NCBI GenBank assembly: GCA_025358945.1
Contig: JANYHS010000147.1
Coordinates: 3,868-67,867 of the forward strand
Direction of reading: 5' to 3'
DNA: 64,000 bases
From: Acidobacteriota bacterium
Lineage (GTDB): Bacteria > Acidobacteriota > Vicinamibacteria > Vicinamibacterales > CAVVIG01
Shown here piece after piece: positions 1 through 9,706 of the stretch. The notes beneath the pieces are model-generated. The model did not search any database and had not been told where the DNA came from. It saw only the letters and a list, made by a program, of their open reading frames with translations. The position numbers and the translations under genes are program-made. Position 1 is the stretch's first letter, and each line of letters begins with the position of its first letter.

Positions 1-1160
1 AGGCCGACAAACGCTGTGATGCCGATGCCGAGCGCGACCGACCACGCTTCAATCGCCGCGGGAATCGGCGTGAACTGGGCGATGGTGACCGCGATTCCGG
101 CGCCGAGCATCGTGCCGATAATGCCGCCGAAGATCGACAGCACCACCGACTCCGTCAGCATCTGCGCCATGATGTCCGACCGCCGCGCGCCGAGGGCCTT
201 GCGCAGGCCGATCTCGCGCGTGCGCTCGGTCACCACCATCAGCATGATGTTCATGATCACGATGCCGCCGACGACCAGCGACAGCGCGACGACGCCGACC
301 AGTACGGCGAAGATGCCGTTAGTCGCCGAGTGATAGATGTCGAGGATCGTGTCCGAGGTGAAGACGCCGAAGTTGTCGACCTGCTTCGGCTTCAGCCGGC
401 GCGCCCCGCGCATCGCGACCGTTGCCTCGTCGATGGCGGGTGCAATCTGCGCGAGATCACGGGGGCGGACACTGATCGAGAGCGAGCGCCGCGATCCGAA
501 GATCATCTTGAACTGGCCAAGTGGGATGATGGCAAACTCGTCCTGCGTCTGGCCGAGCAGCGAGCCACGCTTCGCGCTGACGCCGACGATCCGGAAATGA
601 ACGCCTTCGAGTTGGATCGTCTTGTCGATCGGGTCGACGTCGCTGCCGAACAGGCGGTCGGCGGTCTGCCAGCCGACAACGGTGACCGGGCGGCTGCTTT
701 CCACCTCGGTCGCGCTCATCAGTCGGCCCCGCTCGGCGTCGAAGCTCGAGAAGTTGATGTACTCGGGCGATACGCCCTGCACCCGCATGTTGTCGATCGA
801 CTTGTCACGATAGGTGACGCGGCCGCGGCTCCCGGAGTCGGCCATCACGGCGGCAATCAGATTCGAGCCGTAGCGGCGGATTGCGCGCATGTCGTCCATC
901 GAGATGCGCGGGTTGGCCCGCACCTTCTCGAACTCTTCGTCGCTGCGCGTGATCGGGAACTGCTGGATATTGAACGAGTCGGCGCCCGCCTGATTAAGGA
1001 TCGCCGACTTGACGGACGCGTTCAGCCCCTGGATCAGCGACACCACGGCAATGATCGAGGTCACGGCCACGATGTTGCCGAGCACGGTCATGAACGACCG
1101 CAGCTTGGCGGACCAAATCGCGTCGAGCGCGATCATCGCCGATTCGAAGAGTTTGTTCAC
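1..1160 (-). CDS. ABC-type efflux permease, MacB/FtsX family (C-terminus runs off the window edge)
   Basis: Minus-strand frame is open from position 1 to GTG at 1160-1158. N-terminus [42 protein letters not shown] is a typical MacB/FtsX first TM. The start overlaps the stop of the upstream adaptor gene (GTGA). Confidence 0.75.
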   Translation of the reverse strand, partial: MNKLFESAMIALDAIWSAKLRSFMTVLGNIVAVTSIIAVVSLIQGLNASVKSAILNQAGADSFNIQQFPITRSDEEFEKVRANPRISMDDMRAIRRYGSNLIAAVMADSGSRGRVTYRDKSIDNMRVQGVSPEYINFSSFDAERGRLMSATEVESSRPVTVVGWQTADRLFGSDVDPIDKTIQLEGVHFRIVGVSAKRGSLLGQTQDEFAIIPLGQFKMIFGSRRSLSISVRPRDLAQIAPAIDEATVAMRGARRLKPKQVDNFGVFTSDTILDIYHSATNGIFAVLVGVVALSLVVGGIVIMNIMLMVVTERTREIGLRKALGARRSDIMAQMLTESVVLSIFGGIIGTMLGAGIAVTIAQFTPIPAAIEAWSVALGIGITAFVG

Positions 1161-2491
1161 TTCTTCTTCGTGTTATCGACCTTCACGAGGTCGCCGTCCG
1201 CCATCCCGCGCACGGAATTGTACGGTCCGGTAATTACCTGGTCGCCGCTCTTGATCCCCGACAACACTTCGAAGAACTTATCGCCGGCAATGCCCATCTT
1301 GATCGGCGAGAACTCCGCCTTGTTGTCGCGCACAACGAAGACGCCTTCGGTTTCCTTGCGCGTCTGTCCCGGCTTCAGCTCGGTGGTCGCCGCCATCGTG
1401 GCCGCATCAGCGGCGCGGCGCTTCTTATCGGTCTTCGGCTCTTTGACCACCTGGCCGCTCGCGTCGTAGACCAACTCGCGCACGGCCACCGCCGGGATCG
1501 GCACGGAGACGACCTCTTTGCGCGTCGCGGTCGTAATGTCGGCCGTGGCGGTGAAGCCTGGGCGCACGTCCGGCACCACTTCATCGAGGATGACGACGAC
1601 CTTGAAGTTCGTCGCCTGGGTGCCGGTCGCGCCGGTCGCCGCCTGAATCGGGCTGTTGCCGATCTCGCTCACGTGCCCCTTGAACGACTTGTCGGGGATC
1701 GCGTCGATCGTGATCTTGGCCTTCTGTCCGAGCTGCACGTTCGGGATGTTGGTCTCGTCGACTTCGACTTCGGCCTGGATGATCGACATGTCGGCCAGCG
1801 TCAGCAGGACGGTGCCGGCATTGTTCATCGTGCCGGTGACCGCCGTCTCGCCCTCCTGAATATTGCGGCGCGTGACAATGCCGTCGATCGGCGACACGAT
1901 GCGGACCTTGCTGAGGTCGTAGCGGGCGCTCTCGAGTGTCGCCCGTTCCTGCGCAACGCGGCTCTCCTGCGGCTTGATCTGTTTCTCGCGCTCCGACAGT
2001 GACGACGTCGAGACCTTGACGTCGTTCTCCGCCTTGTCGAGCGCTTCCCGCGTCGTCAGCTGCTGCTTCCACAGATCCTGCTGGCGCGACAGATTCTGCT
2101 GCGTCTGCACGAGCTGCGCTTTCGCGGTTTCGATTGCCTGCCGCATCTGTTCGATGGTCTGGATGTTCGCCTGCAGTGACGCCGAGCCGCTGTCGACTCG
2201 CGTGCTCAGAGATTTCGGGTCGATCTGCAGGAGGAACTGGTTCTTCCTGATCCTGTCGCCTTCGTTGACCGCGAGATTGACGACGCGGCCCATCGTATCG
2301 GCGCTGATGTTCACCAGGCGCTTGGGCTGGATCTTGCCGGACGCCGAGACGATCGCTTCGAGATCGCGGGTCTTGATGGCGTCGGTGGTGACGGAGAGGC
2401 CTTTGTCCTTCTTGAAGTACAGGTTGGCGCCAACTACGGCCGCGCCGAGCAGGACCACTCCGATTGCAATGAATACGTTCTTACGCGACAT
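1157..2491 (-). CDS. HlyD/MacA-family periplasmic adaptor (membrane fusion protein)
   Basis: 444-aa ORF with an N-terminal TM ([21 protein letters not shown]). Contains a lipoyl-like motif ([25 protein letters not shown]), a long coiled-coil and a beta-barrel C-terminus. Coupled to the MacB-like permease. Confidence 0.85.
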   Translation of the reverse strand: MSRKNVFIAIGVVLLGAAVVGANLYFKKDKGLSVTTDAIKTRDLEAIVSASGKIQPKRLVNISADTMGRVVNLAVNEGDRIRKNQFLLQIDPKSLSTRVDSGSASLQANIQTIEQMRQAIETAKAQLVQTQQNLSRQQDLWKQQLTTREALDKAENDVKVSTSSLSEREKQIKPQESRVAQERATLESARYDLSKVRIVSPIDGIVTRRNIQEGETAVTGTMNNAGTVLLTLADMSIIQAEVEVDETNIPNVQLGQKAKITIDAIPDKSFKGHVSEIGNSPIQAATGATGTQATNFKVVVILDEVVPDVRPGFTATADITTATRKEVVSVPIPAVAVRELVYDASGQVVKEPKTDKKRRAADAATMAATTELKPGQTRKETEGVFVVRDNKAEFSPIKMGIAGDKFFEVLSGIKSGDQVITGPYNSVRGMADGDLVKVDNTKKK

Positions 2492-3232
2492 CTAGACTCC
2501 TGTTGAGGCCGTTTTGATGGCGGCGATGATCGCCCCGATCGCCACATAGATGACGAGCAGGGTGGTCGCGATCGGCCCGGTACGTTTGCGGTAGAGGACA
2601 CCCAGCCCGATCGAGATGCTGAGCATCCACCAGATGTAGATCAAATCGATCGAACCCAGCAGGCGCGCGGCGAACGAACTCTCGTCGAGAAACGGAAGAA
2701 ACACGGCGAGGTTCGTCGCACTCGACAACGACTCGCGCACGTACGCAAGGGGGGTGGTGAACAGCGCGAGGACGCCCAGCACGACGCCCGAGTGCGCCAC
2801 GATCGCGAACGCCTGCTTGAACGTCGCGTCGCCGCCGAGTGCCGCGTTGAAGACGGCGAACGCGATACCGGAGATGAGCAGGCAGCCGATCGAGAGGCCG
2901 AACAGCTGGATGACCGGCGCAAAGTACGCGTAGTAGGGCGCGAACTTCTCCATCTGGTCGATCTGCGCCTGGGTGACGTGGCGGCCGTAGGACTCGGACG
3001 AGGAAATCTGCTGGTCGAGGACCGCGTTGCGTCCGATGTCGGTGGACAGCAGCGCCGTGGACGCCGAGGCGGTGATCAGAAACACCGTCAGGAAGATGCC
3101 GAGCCATCGCGGGTGCGCGGCCACCGCGGCGTAGGTGGCCCGAGGGGTGAACAGGACGCCCGCAAAGCGCGCAGGCAGGCTTTGCGCCTCCGTTGTCGCC
3201 GCCGCCGGTTCGGCCGTGTGGGTTTGCGTCAT
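2492..3232 (-). CDS. Yip1-domain polytopic membrane protein
   Basis: 246-aa ORF with five predicted TM helices and an organisation typical of Yip1-domain proteins. Its stop abuts the adaptor start with no gap. Confidence 0.55.
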   Translation of the reverse strand: MTQTHTAEPAAATTEAQSLPARFAGVLFTPRATYAAVAAHPRWLGIFLTVFLITASASTALLSTDIGRNAVLDQQISSSESYGRHVTQAQIDQMEKFAPYYAYFAPVIQLFGLSIGCLLISGIAFAVFNAALGGDATFKQAFAIVAHSGVVLGVLALFTTPLAYVRESLSSATNLAVFLPFLDESSFAARLLGSIDLIYIWWMLSISIGLGVLYRKRTGPIATTLLVIYVAIGAIIAAIKTASTGV

Positions 3233-3264
3233 GTGATGCCTTTTTCTGTCTTGGATAGATACGA

Positions 3265-3744
3265 CTATCGCTTCGCCGGTGTTCGATGATTCTTGCGTGC
3301 CCCCGATGCGGGCGCCGCCGCGAACACCTTCCGGAGGACCCCGAGTCCTCCCTGAAGCTTTCGCCGGGCGGTCAGATCGAGCGGCGCCAGGACGTCCGCC
3401 AGGTGCGCTTCGGCGCAGCGCGTGACGCGCTCCAGCGCGGCGCGGCCTCCCGGCGTCACGTCAATCATCACCACGCGCCGATCGCCATCGGGCGCCTCGC
3501 GGCGCACCCAGCCGCGCTCGACCATCGCGCTGATCGAGTTCGACATCGTCGGCAGGCTGACCCCCTGCAGCGACGCCAGGTCGCTGAGCATCCGGGGCCG
3601 CGTGCTGAGGATCGACAGCAGCCCGAAATGCGCCGGCGCCGGCATTTCTCCGGCCGCGCGCAATTCGGCGGCCACGGTCCGCATCACGAGCGGAATGATC
3701 TCGAGAATCTCGCGCGCCGTGTCGCGCGCTTGAACGCGGGTCAT
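3265..3744 (-). CDS. MarR-family transcriptional regulator
   Basis: Winged-helix core FGLLSILSTRPRMLSDLASLQGVSLPTMSNSISAMVERGWVRREAPDGDRRVVMIDVTPGG. Start trimmed to the ATG at 3744; the upstream extension in the ORF track has no support. Confidence 0.8.
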   Translation of the reverse strand: MTRVQARDTAREILEIIPLVMRTVAAELRAAGEMPAPAHFGLLSILSTRPRMLSDLASLQGVSLPTMSNSISAMVERGWVRREAPDGDRRVVMIDVTPGGRAALERVTRCAEAHLADVLAPLDLTARRKLQGGLGVLRKVFAAAPASGARKNHRTPAKR

Positions 3745-3810
3745 GGCGTGCCGCGGTGGATTAGGTGAACTAATGGTTATGAGTGCTAAGTTATCATAGC
3801 CGCCCGTCCC

Positions 3811-3839
3811 TTGACAGTGGGAATGGGGGTGTTTACCAT
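3811..3839 (+). promoter_or_regulatory. candidate sigma70 promoter for the arginine decarboxylase gene (TTGACA-17-TACCAT)
   Basis: TTGACA at 3811-3816, a 17-nt spacer, then TACCAT at 3834-3839. AAGGAG at 3858-3863 lies 6 nt before the GTG at 3870. Confidence 0.35.
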
Positions 3840-3869
3840 GCAAGGTCCCTGCGATATAAGGAGCGTGAA

Positions 3870-4421
3870 GTGGTCGGATTCGTCCCCAAAGAGATGTTTT
3901 TCACGAAAGGTGTCGGCAAGCACCGCGAAAAGCTGACGTCGTTCGAACTGGCGTTGCGCTCGGCCGGCATCGCCGCGTGCAACCTCGTGCGCGTGTCGAG
4001 CATCTTTCCGCCGAACTGCAAGATCCTCTCGCGCGCCCAGGGCGCCAAGCGCCTCGAGCCCGGCCAAGTCACCTTCGTCGTCATGTCTGAGGCGGCCACG
4101 CGGGAGCCGCACCGGCTGATCGCCGCCACGGTCGGCGTGGCCATTCCGCGCGATCGGGAACTCTACGGTTACCTGTCGGAGCACCACAGCTTCGGCGAGA
4201 GCGAGGACATCGCCGGCGACTACGCCGAAGAACTCGCCGCCGAGATGCTCGCCACGACCCTTGGACTCGACTTCGATCCCGACAAGAGCTGGGATGAAAA
4301 GAAGGAAGTCTACCGGCTGTCCAACGAGATCGTGCATGTCCAGAACGTCACCCAGAGCGCAGTGGGCGATAAGAAGGGTCTCTGGACCACGGTCGTCGCC
4401 GCCGCCGTACTCGTCGGCTAA
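3870..4421 (+). CDS. pdaD: pyruvoyl-dependent arginine decarboxylase
   Basis: N-terminus VPKEMFFTKGVGKHREKLTSFELALRSAGIAACNLVRVSSIFPP, including the VSSI self-cleavage region typical of the PvlArgDC family. Start chosen at GTG 3870 because of the AAGGAG Shine-Dalgarno. Confidence 0.85.
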   Translation: MVGFVPKEMFFTKGVGKHREKLTSFELALRSAGIAACNLVRVSSIFPPNCKILSRAQGAKRLEPGQVTFVVMSEAATREPHRLIAATVGVAIPRDRELYGYLSEHHSFGESEDIAGDYAEELAAEMLATTLGLDFDPDKSWDEKKEVYRLSNEIVHVQNVTQSAVGDKKGLWTTVVAAAVLVG

Positions 4422-4451
4422 CGCCCGTCGCTTCGCGCTAAGGTAAGAGGC

Positions 4452-5501
4452 ATGCGCAGTGCCTCCTGGCCTCAAGTTTGTCTGGTTTTCTTTGCGTCCT
4501 TCTTTTCTGTGGGGCTCTTCGTGCGCGACGCGCGCGCGCAGGGAAACGAGACCATCGGCGCCCGCGCCCAAGGTATGGGTGGCGCCTTCACCGCAGTCGC
4601 TGACGATGCGACCGCGTCGTGGTGGAACCCGGCCGGCCTGGCCGGTGGAGCCTACTTCAACGCCCTCCTCGAAGCCGGTACCAACCGGGAACCTTCGTTA
4701 GACCGTACCTCGACCGGCGCGCTTCAGAACGCCTGGCGCTCGGACACGCGCGGGTTCGCCATCGCCTATCCCGCCCTCGGCCTGAGCTATTACCGCATGC
4801 GGGTCAGCGAAATACAGCCGCAAACCTCTACAGGGACGACCGGCGGCGTCCGACAAGATGGGGGAGCGGTGGACGTACGCCTTCGCTCCATGCTGCTCGA
4901 CCGCTATGGGGCGACGGTGGGCCAGTCCCTCGGCAACCACCTGGTGGTCGGTTCGACGTTCACGCTGGTGTCCTCGGGCGCCGCGTCACAAGTGCAGCCG
5001 GCGACCACCGCGTCGCTCGATGCAGCGACAGGCATCGATGCGGCGAAAGAGACGCACGTGGGGCTCGACGTCGGTGCGATGGCCACGATCGGTCGCGCGC
5101 GGATCGGATTGACGGTGCACAACGTCACCGAGCCCGCGTTTGGCAGCGGAACCGACGCGTTCACGTTACGGCGACAGGCCCGCATCGGGGCCGCGTTGAG
5201 TTCGGGGACGCGCGGCATGATCGGCAGCGCGACGTTGGCGTTCGATGCCGACTTGACGCGTACGCAGACGGTGTTGGGTGACGAGCGTCACGTCGCGGCA
5301 GGGGCTGAGGTGTGGACGTCGGCGCGGACGATCGGTGTTCGCGGCGGGATCAGCGCGAACACGGTCGGCAGCCCCCGGACAGGGTTCAGCGGCGGATTAA
5401 GCGCCGCGTTGAAGAAGGGAATGTATGCCGATGGACAGGTTACTGGAGGCTCGGATGAGAGTCGTCGCGGTTGGGGAGTTGCCTTAAGAGTGACGTTTTA
5501 A
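4452..5501 (+). CDS. outer-membrane beta-barrel protein, FadL/PorV/TraF_2-like
   Basis: Signal peptide ending ARAQG. N-terminal motif GARAQGMGGAFTAVADDATASWWNPAGLA is typical of FadL-like barrels. Alternating beta-strand pattern and a C-terminal ...ALRVTF with terminal Phe (OMP beta-signal). Confidence 0.6.
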   Translation: MRSASWPQVCLVFFASFFSVGLFVRDARAQGNETIGARAQGMGGAFTAVADDATASWWNPAGLAGGAYFNALLEAGTNREPSLDRTSTGALQNAWRSDTRGFAIAYPALGLSYYRMRVSEIQPQTSTGTTGGVRQDGGAVDVRLRSMLLDRYGATVGQSLGNHLVVGSTFTLVSSGAASQVQPATTASLDAATGIDAAKETHVGLDVGAMATIGRARIGLTVHNVTEPAFGSGTDAFTLRRQARIGAALSSGTRGMIGSATLAFDADLTRTQTVLGDERHVAAGAEVWTSARTIGVRGGISANTVGSPRTGFSGGLSAALKKGMYADGQVTGGSDESRRGWGVALRVTF

Positions 5502-5502
5502 G

Positions 5503-5537
5503 TCACTTTTGACATATTTTGTCACGTTGGCTAGGAT
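5503..5537 (+). promoter_or_regulatory. candidate pilB promoter (TTGACA-17-TAGGAT) overlapped by inverted repeat TGACA-N5-TGTCA
   Basis: TTGACA at 5509-5514 and TAGGAT at 5532-5537. Perfect inverted repeat TGACA (5510-5514) / TGTCA (5520-5524), plus GTCA at 5503-5505. Confidence 0.35.
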
Positions 5538-5547
5538 TTAGAGTTTC

Positions 5548-7341
5548 ATGGCCGTCCGCATTGGTGAACTCCTTCTCAAGGAGAAACTAATCACGCCCGA
5601 GCAGCTTCAGCAAGCGCTGACGCAGCAGAAGTCTAATGGCGGGAAGCTTGGCTACAACCTCGTCAAAATGGGGTTCGTCAAGGACGAGCAGATCACCGCG
5701 CTCCTCAGCAAGCAGTACGGCGTTCCGGCGATCAACCTCTCCCAGTTCAAGATCGATCTGACGATCGTCAAGCTTGTTCCCACCGAGACCGCTCGCAAGT
5801 ACCAGATCATCCCGCTGAGCCGTTCCGGCAGCACGCTGACGATCGCGATGACGGATCCGACCAACGTCTTCGCGATGGACGACATCAAGTTCATGACCGG
5901 CTACACGGTGGAGCCCGTCGTCGCCTCGGAAGTGGCGATCACCGACGCGATCGAAAAATATTACCCGAGCGGCAAGGGCGGCGCCGCGGGCGGTCCCGGC
6001 GCCAAGGGCGGCAAGCCCGGCTCGCAGGCGGTCACCGGCAGCACGCTCGAAATGGCCAGCCGCGGCCTCGAGGAACTCCAGAACACGCTCGGCAGCGGTG
6101 CAGACGATGTCGAGGTGCTCGACGAGCTGCAGGAGATCAGCGCCGAAGCGCTCGCCAAGCAAGGTGAGGACGCCCCCGTCGTCCGGCTCGTGAACGTCGT
6201 GCTGATGTCCGCGATCCAGAAGGGCGCCAGCGACATTCACATCGAGCCGTACGAGAAGGAGCTGCGCGTTCGGTACCGTATCGACGGCATCCTCTACAAC
6301 ATCATGGCGCCGCCGATGAAGTATCGCGATGCCATCGTCTCGCGCGTGAAGATCATGGCGAAGCTCGACATCGCCGAGAAGCGCCTGCCGCAGGACGGTC
6401 GCATCAAGATCCGCTACAACGAGAGCGGCGAGCCCAAGGAGATCGACTTCCGCGTCTCGGTGCTTCCGACGCTGTTCGGCGAAAAGATCGTCCTGCGTCT
6501 CCTCGACAAGGACAAGTTGATGCTCGACATGACGCGCCTCGGATTCGAGCCGGAGTCGCTCGCCAAGTTCGAGCTCGCGATTCAGCGTCCGTGGGGCATG
6601 GTGCTGGTCACCGGCCCGACCGGCAGCGGCAAGACGAACACGCTCTACTCGTCGATCTCGAAGATCAACACGCCCGAGACCAACATCATGACTGCCGAGG
6701 ACCCGGTCGAATTCAACCTGGCCGGCGTCAACCAGGTCCAGGTCCGCGAGAACATCGGCCTCAATTTCGCCGCCGCGTTACGCTCGTTTCTGCGTCAGGA
6801 TCCGAACATTATCCTGGTCGGCGAAATCCGCGACTTCGAGACCGCCGAAATCGCGGTCAAGGCCGCGCTCACGGGTCACCTCGTGCTCTCCACGCTGCAC
6901 ACCAATGATGCGCCCAGCACGATCAACCGTCTGATGAATATGGGCATCGAGCCTTTTCTCGTGGCGAGTTCGGTGCATCTCATCTGCGCCCAGCGGCTGG
7001 TGCGTAAAGTCTGTCTCAACTGCAAGGAGCCGAACCCGCAGTCGCCCGAAGCGCTGATGCAGGCCGGCTTCACCGCGGAGGACGCCAACGAGGTGACGCC
7101 CATGAAGGGCGCGGGCTGCGACAAGTGCAACACGACCGGCTACAAAGGCCGCGTCGGTCTGTATGAAGTGATGGAAATCGGCGACGAACTGCGCGAGCTG
7201 ATTCTGGTCGGCGCCTCGGGGCTCGAGCTGCGACGCAAGGCGATCGACGAAGGCATGATCACGCTGCGCATGAGCGGCCTCCGCAAAGTGAAGGACGGCC
7301 TCACGTCGATCGAAGAAGTCGTGCGCGAAACGGTGAAGTGA
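5548..7341 (+). CDS. pilB: type IV pilus assembly (extension) ATPase PilB
   Basis: 597 aa. GspE/PilB family with Walker A GPTGSGKT, a tetracysteine CLNC...CDKC motif and a tandem MshEN-like N-terminus. Confidence 0.95.
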   Translation: MAVRIGELLLKEKLITPEQLQQALTQQKSNGGKLGYNLVKMGFVKDEQITALLSKQYGVPAINLSQFKIDLTIVKLVPTETARKYQIIPLSRSGSTLTIAMTDPTNVFAMDDIKFMTGYTVEPVVASEVAITDAIEKYYPSGKGGAAGGPGAKGGKPGSQAVTGSTLEMASRGLEELQNTLGSGADDVEVLDELQEISAEALAKQGEDAPVVRLVNVVLMSAIQKGASDIHIEPYEKELRVRYRIDGILYNIMAPPMKYRDAIVSRVKIMAKLDIAEKRLPQDGRIKIRYNESGEPKEIDFRVSVLPTLFGEKIVLRLLDKDKLMLDMTRLGFEPESLAKFELAIQRPWGMVLVTGPTGSGKTNTLYSSISKINTPETNIMTAEDPVEFNLAGVNQVQVRENIGLNFAAALRSFLRQDPNIILVGEIRDFETAEIAVKAALTGHLVLSTLHTNDAPSTINRLMNMGIEPFLVASSVHLICAQRLVRKVCLNCKEPNPQSPEALMQAGFTAEDANEVTPMKGAGCDKCNTTGYKGRVGLYEVMEIGDELRELILVGASGLELRRKAIDEGMITLRMSGLRKVKDGLTSIEEVVRETVK

Positions 7342-8478
7342 ATGGCCACACTGCCTGAACTGTTGACGCTGCTGGTCGAGATGAATGGCTCCGACCTGCA
7401 CATCGCCACCGCCACGCCGCCGCAGGTGCGCGTCGATGGACAGCTGGCGCGCCTCCCGTTGCCCGAACTCTCGCCCGCCGACACCAAGCAACTCGTCTAC
7501 AGCGTCCTCACCGACTCGCAGAAGAAGCGCTTCGAAGAAACGATGGAGCTCGACTTCTCCTTCGGCATCAATGCGATCAACTCGCGCTTCCGCTGCAACG
7601 TCTTCAACCAGCGCGGCGCGGTCGGCGCCGTCTACCGGCTGATTCCGGAAACGATCCGCACCTTCGGCGAGCTCGGGCTGCCGGCGGTGCTGGCCACGCT
7701 GGCCGAGCGTCCGCGCGGGCTGGTGCTGGTCACCGGCCCCACCGGCAGCGGTAAGTCGACGACGCTGGCGGCCATGCTGGACAAGATCAACTCGGAGCGT
7801 CATGAGCACATCCTGACGATCGAGGATCCGATCGAGTACATCCACAAGCACAAGAACTGCCTGGTGAACCAGCGCGAAGTGCACAGCGACACCAACAGTT
7901 TCGGCAACGCGCTTCGCGCCGCGCTGCGCGAGGATCCGGACATCGTCCTGATCGGCGAAATGCGCGACCTCGAGACGGTCGAAGCGGCGCTGAAGATCGC
8001 CGAGACGGGTCATCTGACGTTCGGCACGCTGCACACGAATTCGTCGGCGCAGACCATCAACCGCATCATCGACGTCTTTCCGGCGGGGCAGCAGGCGCAG
8101 ATTCGCACGCAGCTCTCGCTGGTGCTCGAGGGCATCGTCTGTCAGGCGCTGCTGCCGCGGGCCGACGGCAGGGGCCGCGTCTGCTCGATGGAGATTATGA
8201 TTCCGACTCCGGCGATCCGGAACCTGATTCGCGACGACAAGATCCACCAGATTTATGGCTCGATGCAGGCCGGCCAGGAAAAGCTCGGCATGCAGACCGC
8301 GAACCAATCGCTCGCCAGCCTCTACATGAAACGGTTGATCACGCTCGAGGCGGCGATGACCGCCTCGTCGAACAAGGATGAACTGCAGGACATGATCAAC
8401 CGTGGTGTCGGCGTGGTGGCGGGCGCCGGGCTTGGACGGACTGCCGGGACGGCGCCGCCGCGGCCGGTGCGAGGTTAG
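7342..8478 (+). CDS. pilT: type IV pilus retraction ATPase PilT
   Basis: 378 aa. Contains GPTGSGKSTT, the AIRNLIRDDK(I)HQI PilT signature and HLTFGTLHTN. Confidence 0.95.
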   Translation: MATLPELLTLLVEMNGSDLHIATATPPQVRVDGQLARLPLPELSPADTKQLVYSVLTDSQKKRFEETMELDFSFGINAINSRFRCNVFNQRGAVGAVYRLIPETIRTFGELGLPAVLATLAERPRGLVLVTGPTGSGKSTTLAAMLDKINSERHEHILTIEDPIEYIHKHKNCLVNQREVHSDTNSFGNALRAALREDPDIVLIGEMRDLETVEAALKIAETGHLTFGTLHTNSSAQTINRIIDVFPAGQQAQIRTQLSLVLEGIVCQALLPRADGRGRVCSMEIMIPTPAIRNLIRDDKIHQIYGSMQAGQEKLGMQTANQSLASLYMKRLITLEAAMTASSNKDELQDMINRGVGVVAGAGLGRTAGTAPPRPVRG

Positions 8479-8481
8479 CCT

Positions 8482-9702
8482 ATGCCTACTTTCGCCTACA
8501 CAGGACGCACCCGGGCCGGCCAGACGGTGAGCGGCGAGCGGGTGGCCGATTCGATGGACGCCGCCACCGCCGCGTTGCGCCGCGAGCAGATCAACGTGAC
8601 CCGCATTACGCCCACCAAGGCCGGCAAAGACGACGTCAAGAAAGAGAAGGTCGGCCGCAGCGGCAAGAAGGTGGCGGCGAAGAACCTGGCCGTCTTCACG
8701 CGTCAGTTCTCCGTGATGATCGACGCGGGGCTGCCGCTCGTGCAGTGTCTCGATATTCTCGGGTCGCAGGAAGAGGACAAGAACTTCGCGTTCGTGATCG
8801 GCGCGACGCGGATGGACGTGGAGTCTGGCGCCTCGCTGGCCGACGCGATGCGCAAGCATCCGAAGACGTTCGATCCGCTGTTCACGAACATGATTGCCGC
8901 CGGCGAGGCGGGCGGCATTCTCGACACGATTCTGAAGCGGCTCGCGACCTACATCGAAAAAGCCGTGAAGCTGGCCGGCCAGGTGAAGTCGGCGATGATC
9001 TACCCGATCGCCGTCGTGGTCATCGCCGGCGCGGTGGTCGGCGTGATTCTGTGGAAGGTGATCCCGACGTTCGCGGCTCTGTTCTCCGGCCTCGGCGCGG
9101 ATCTGCCGATGCCGACGCGCGTCGTCATCGCGCTCAGCGATAACCTGGTGAATTACTTCCCGTTCCTGGCCGTCGGCGGGGGCGCTGCGGCCTACGGCTT
9201 CAAGCAGTACTACGCGACGGCGAAGGGCCGGCGCGTCATTGACAGCATCACACTCAAGATGCCCGTGCTCGGCAACATCATGCGCAAGATCGCCGTCGCG
9301 CGGTTCTGCCGCACCCTCTCGACGCTGATCAGCTCCGGCGTGCCGATTCTGGACGGCCTCGAAATCACCGCCAAGACCGCCGGCAACGCGATCGTCGAGG
9401 ACGCCATCATGGCGACGCGCAAGAGCATTGAGCGCGGCGAAACGATTGCGGCGCCACTCAAGGACACCAAAGTGTTTCCCGCGATGGTCACCCAGATGAT
9501 CGGCGTCGGCGAGGCGACGGGCGCCCTCGACACGATGCTCGCGAAGATCGCCGACTTTTATGAGGAAGAAGTGGACACCGCAGTCGCCGGGCTGTTGACG
9601 CTGCTCGAGCCGATCATGATCGCCGTCCTCGGCATCGTCGTCGGCGGCATCGTGATCGCGATGTACATGCCGATCTTCGACCTGATCAGCAAGCTGACGT
9701 AG
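8482..9702 (+). CDS. pilC: type IV pilus platform protein PilC
   Basis: 406 aa with duplicated GspF/PilC domains and 3 TM helices. Contains conserved FTRQFSVMIDAGLPL and FCRTLSTLISSGVPIL. Confidence 0.95.
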   Translation: MPTFAYTGRTRAGQTVSGERVADSMDAATAALRREQINVTRITPTKAGKDDVKKEKVGRSGKKVAAKNLAVFTRQFSVMIDAGLPLVQCLDILGSQEEDKNFAFVIGATRMDVESGASLADAMRKHPKTFDPLFTNMIAAGEAGGILDTILKRLATYIEKAVKLAGQVKSAMIYPIAVVVIAGAVVGVILWKVIPTFAALFSGLGADLPMPTRVVIALSDNLVNYFPFLAVGGGAAAYGFKQYYATAKGRRVIDSITLKMPVLGNIMRKIAVARFCRTLSTLISSGVPILDGLEITAKTAGNAIVEDAIMATRKSIERGETIAAPLKDTKVFPAMVTQMIGVGEATGALDTMLAKIADFYEEEVDTAVAGLLTLLEPIMIAVLGIVVGGIVIAMYMPIFDLISKLT

Positions 9703-9706
9703 GCCG

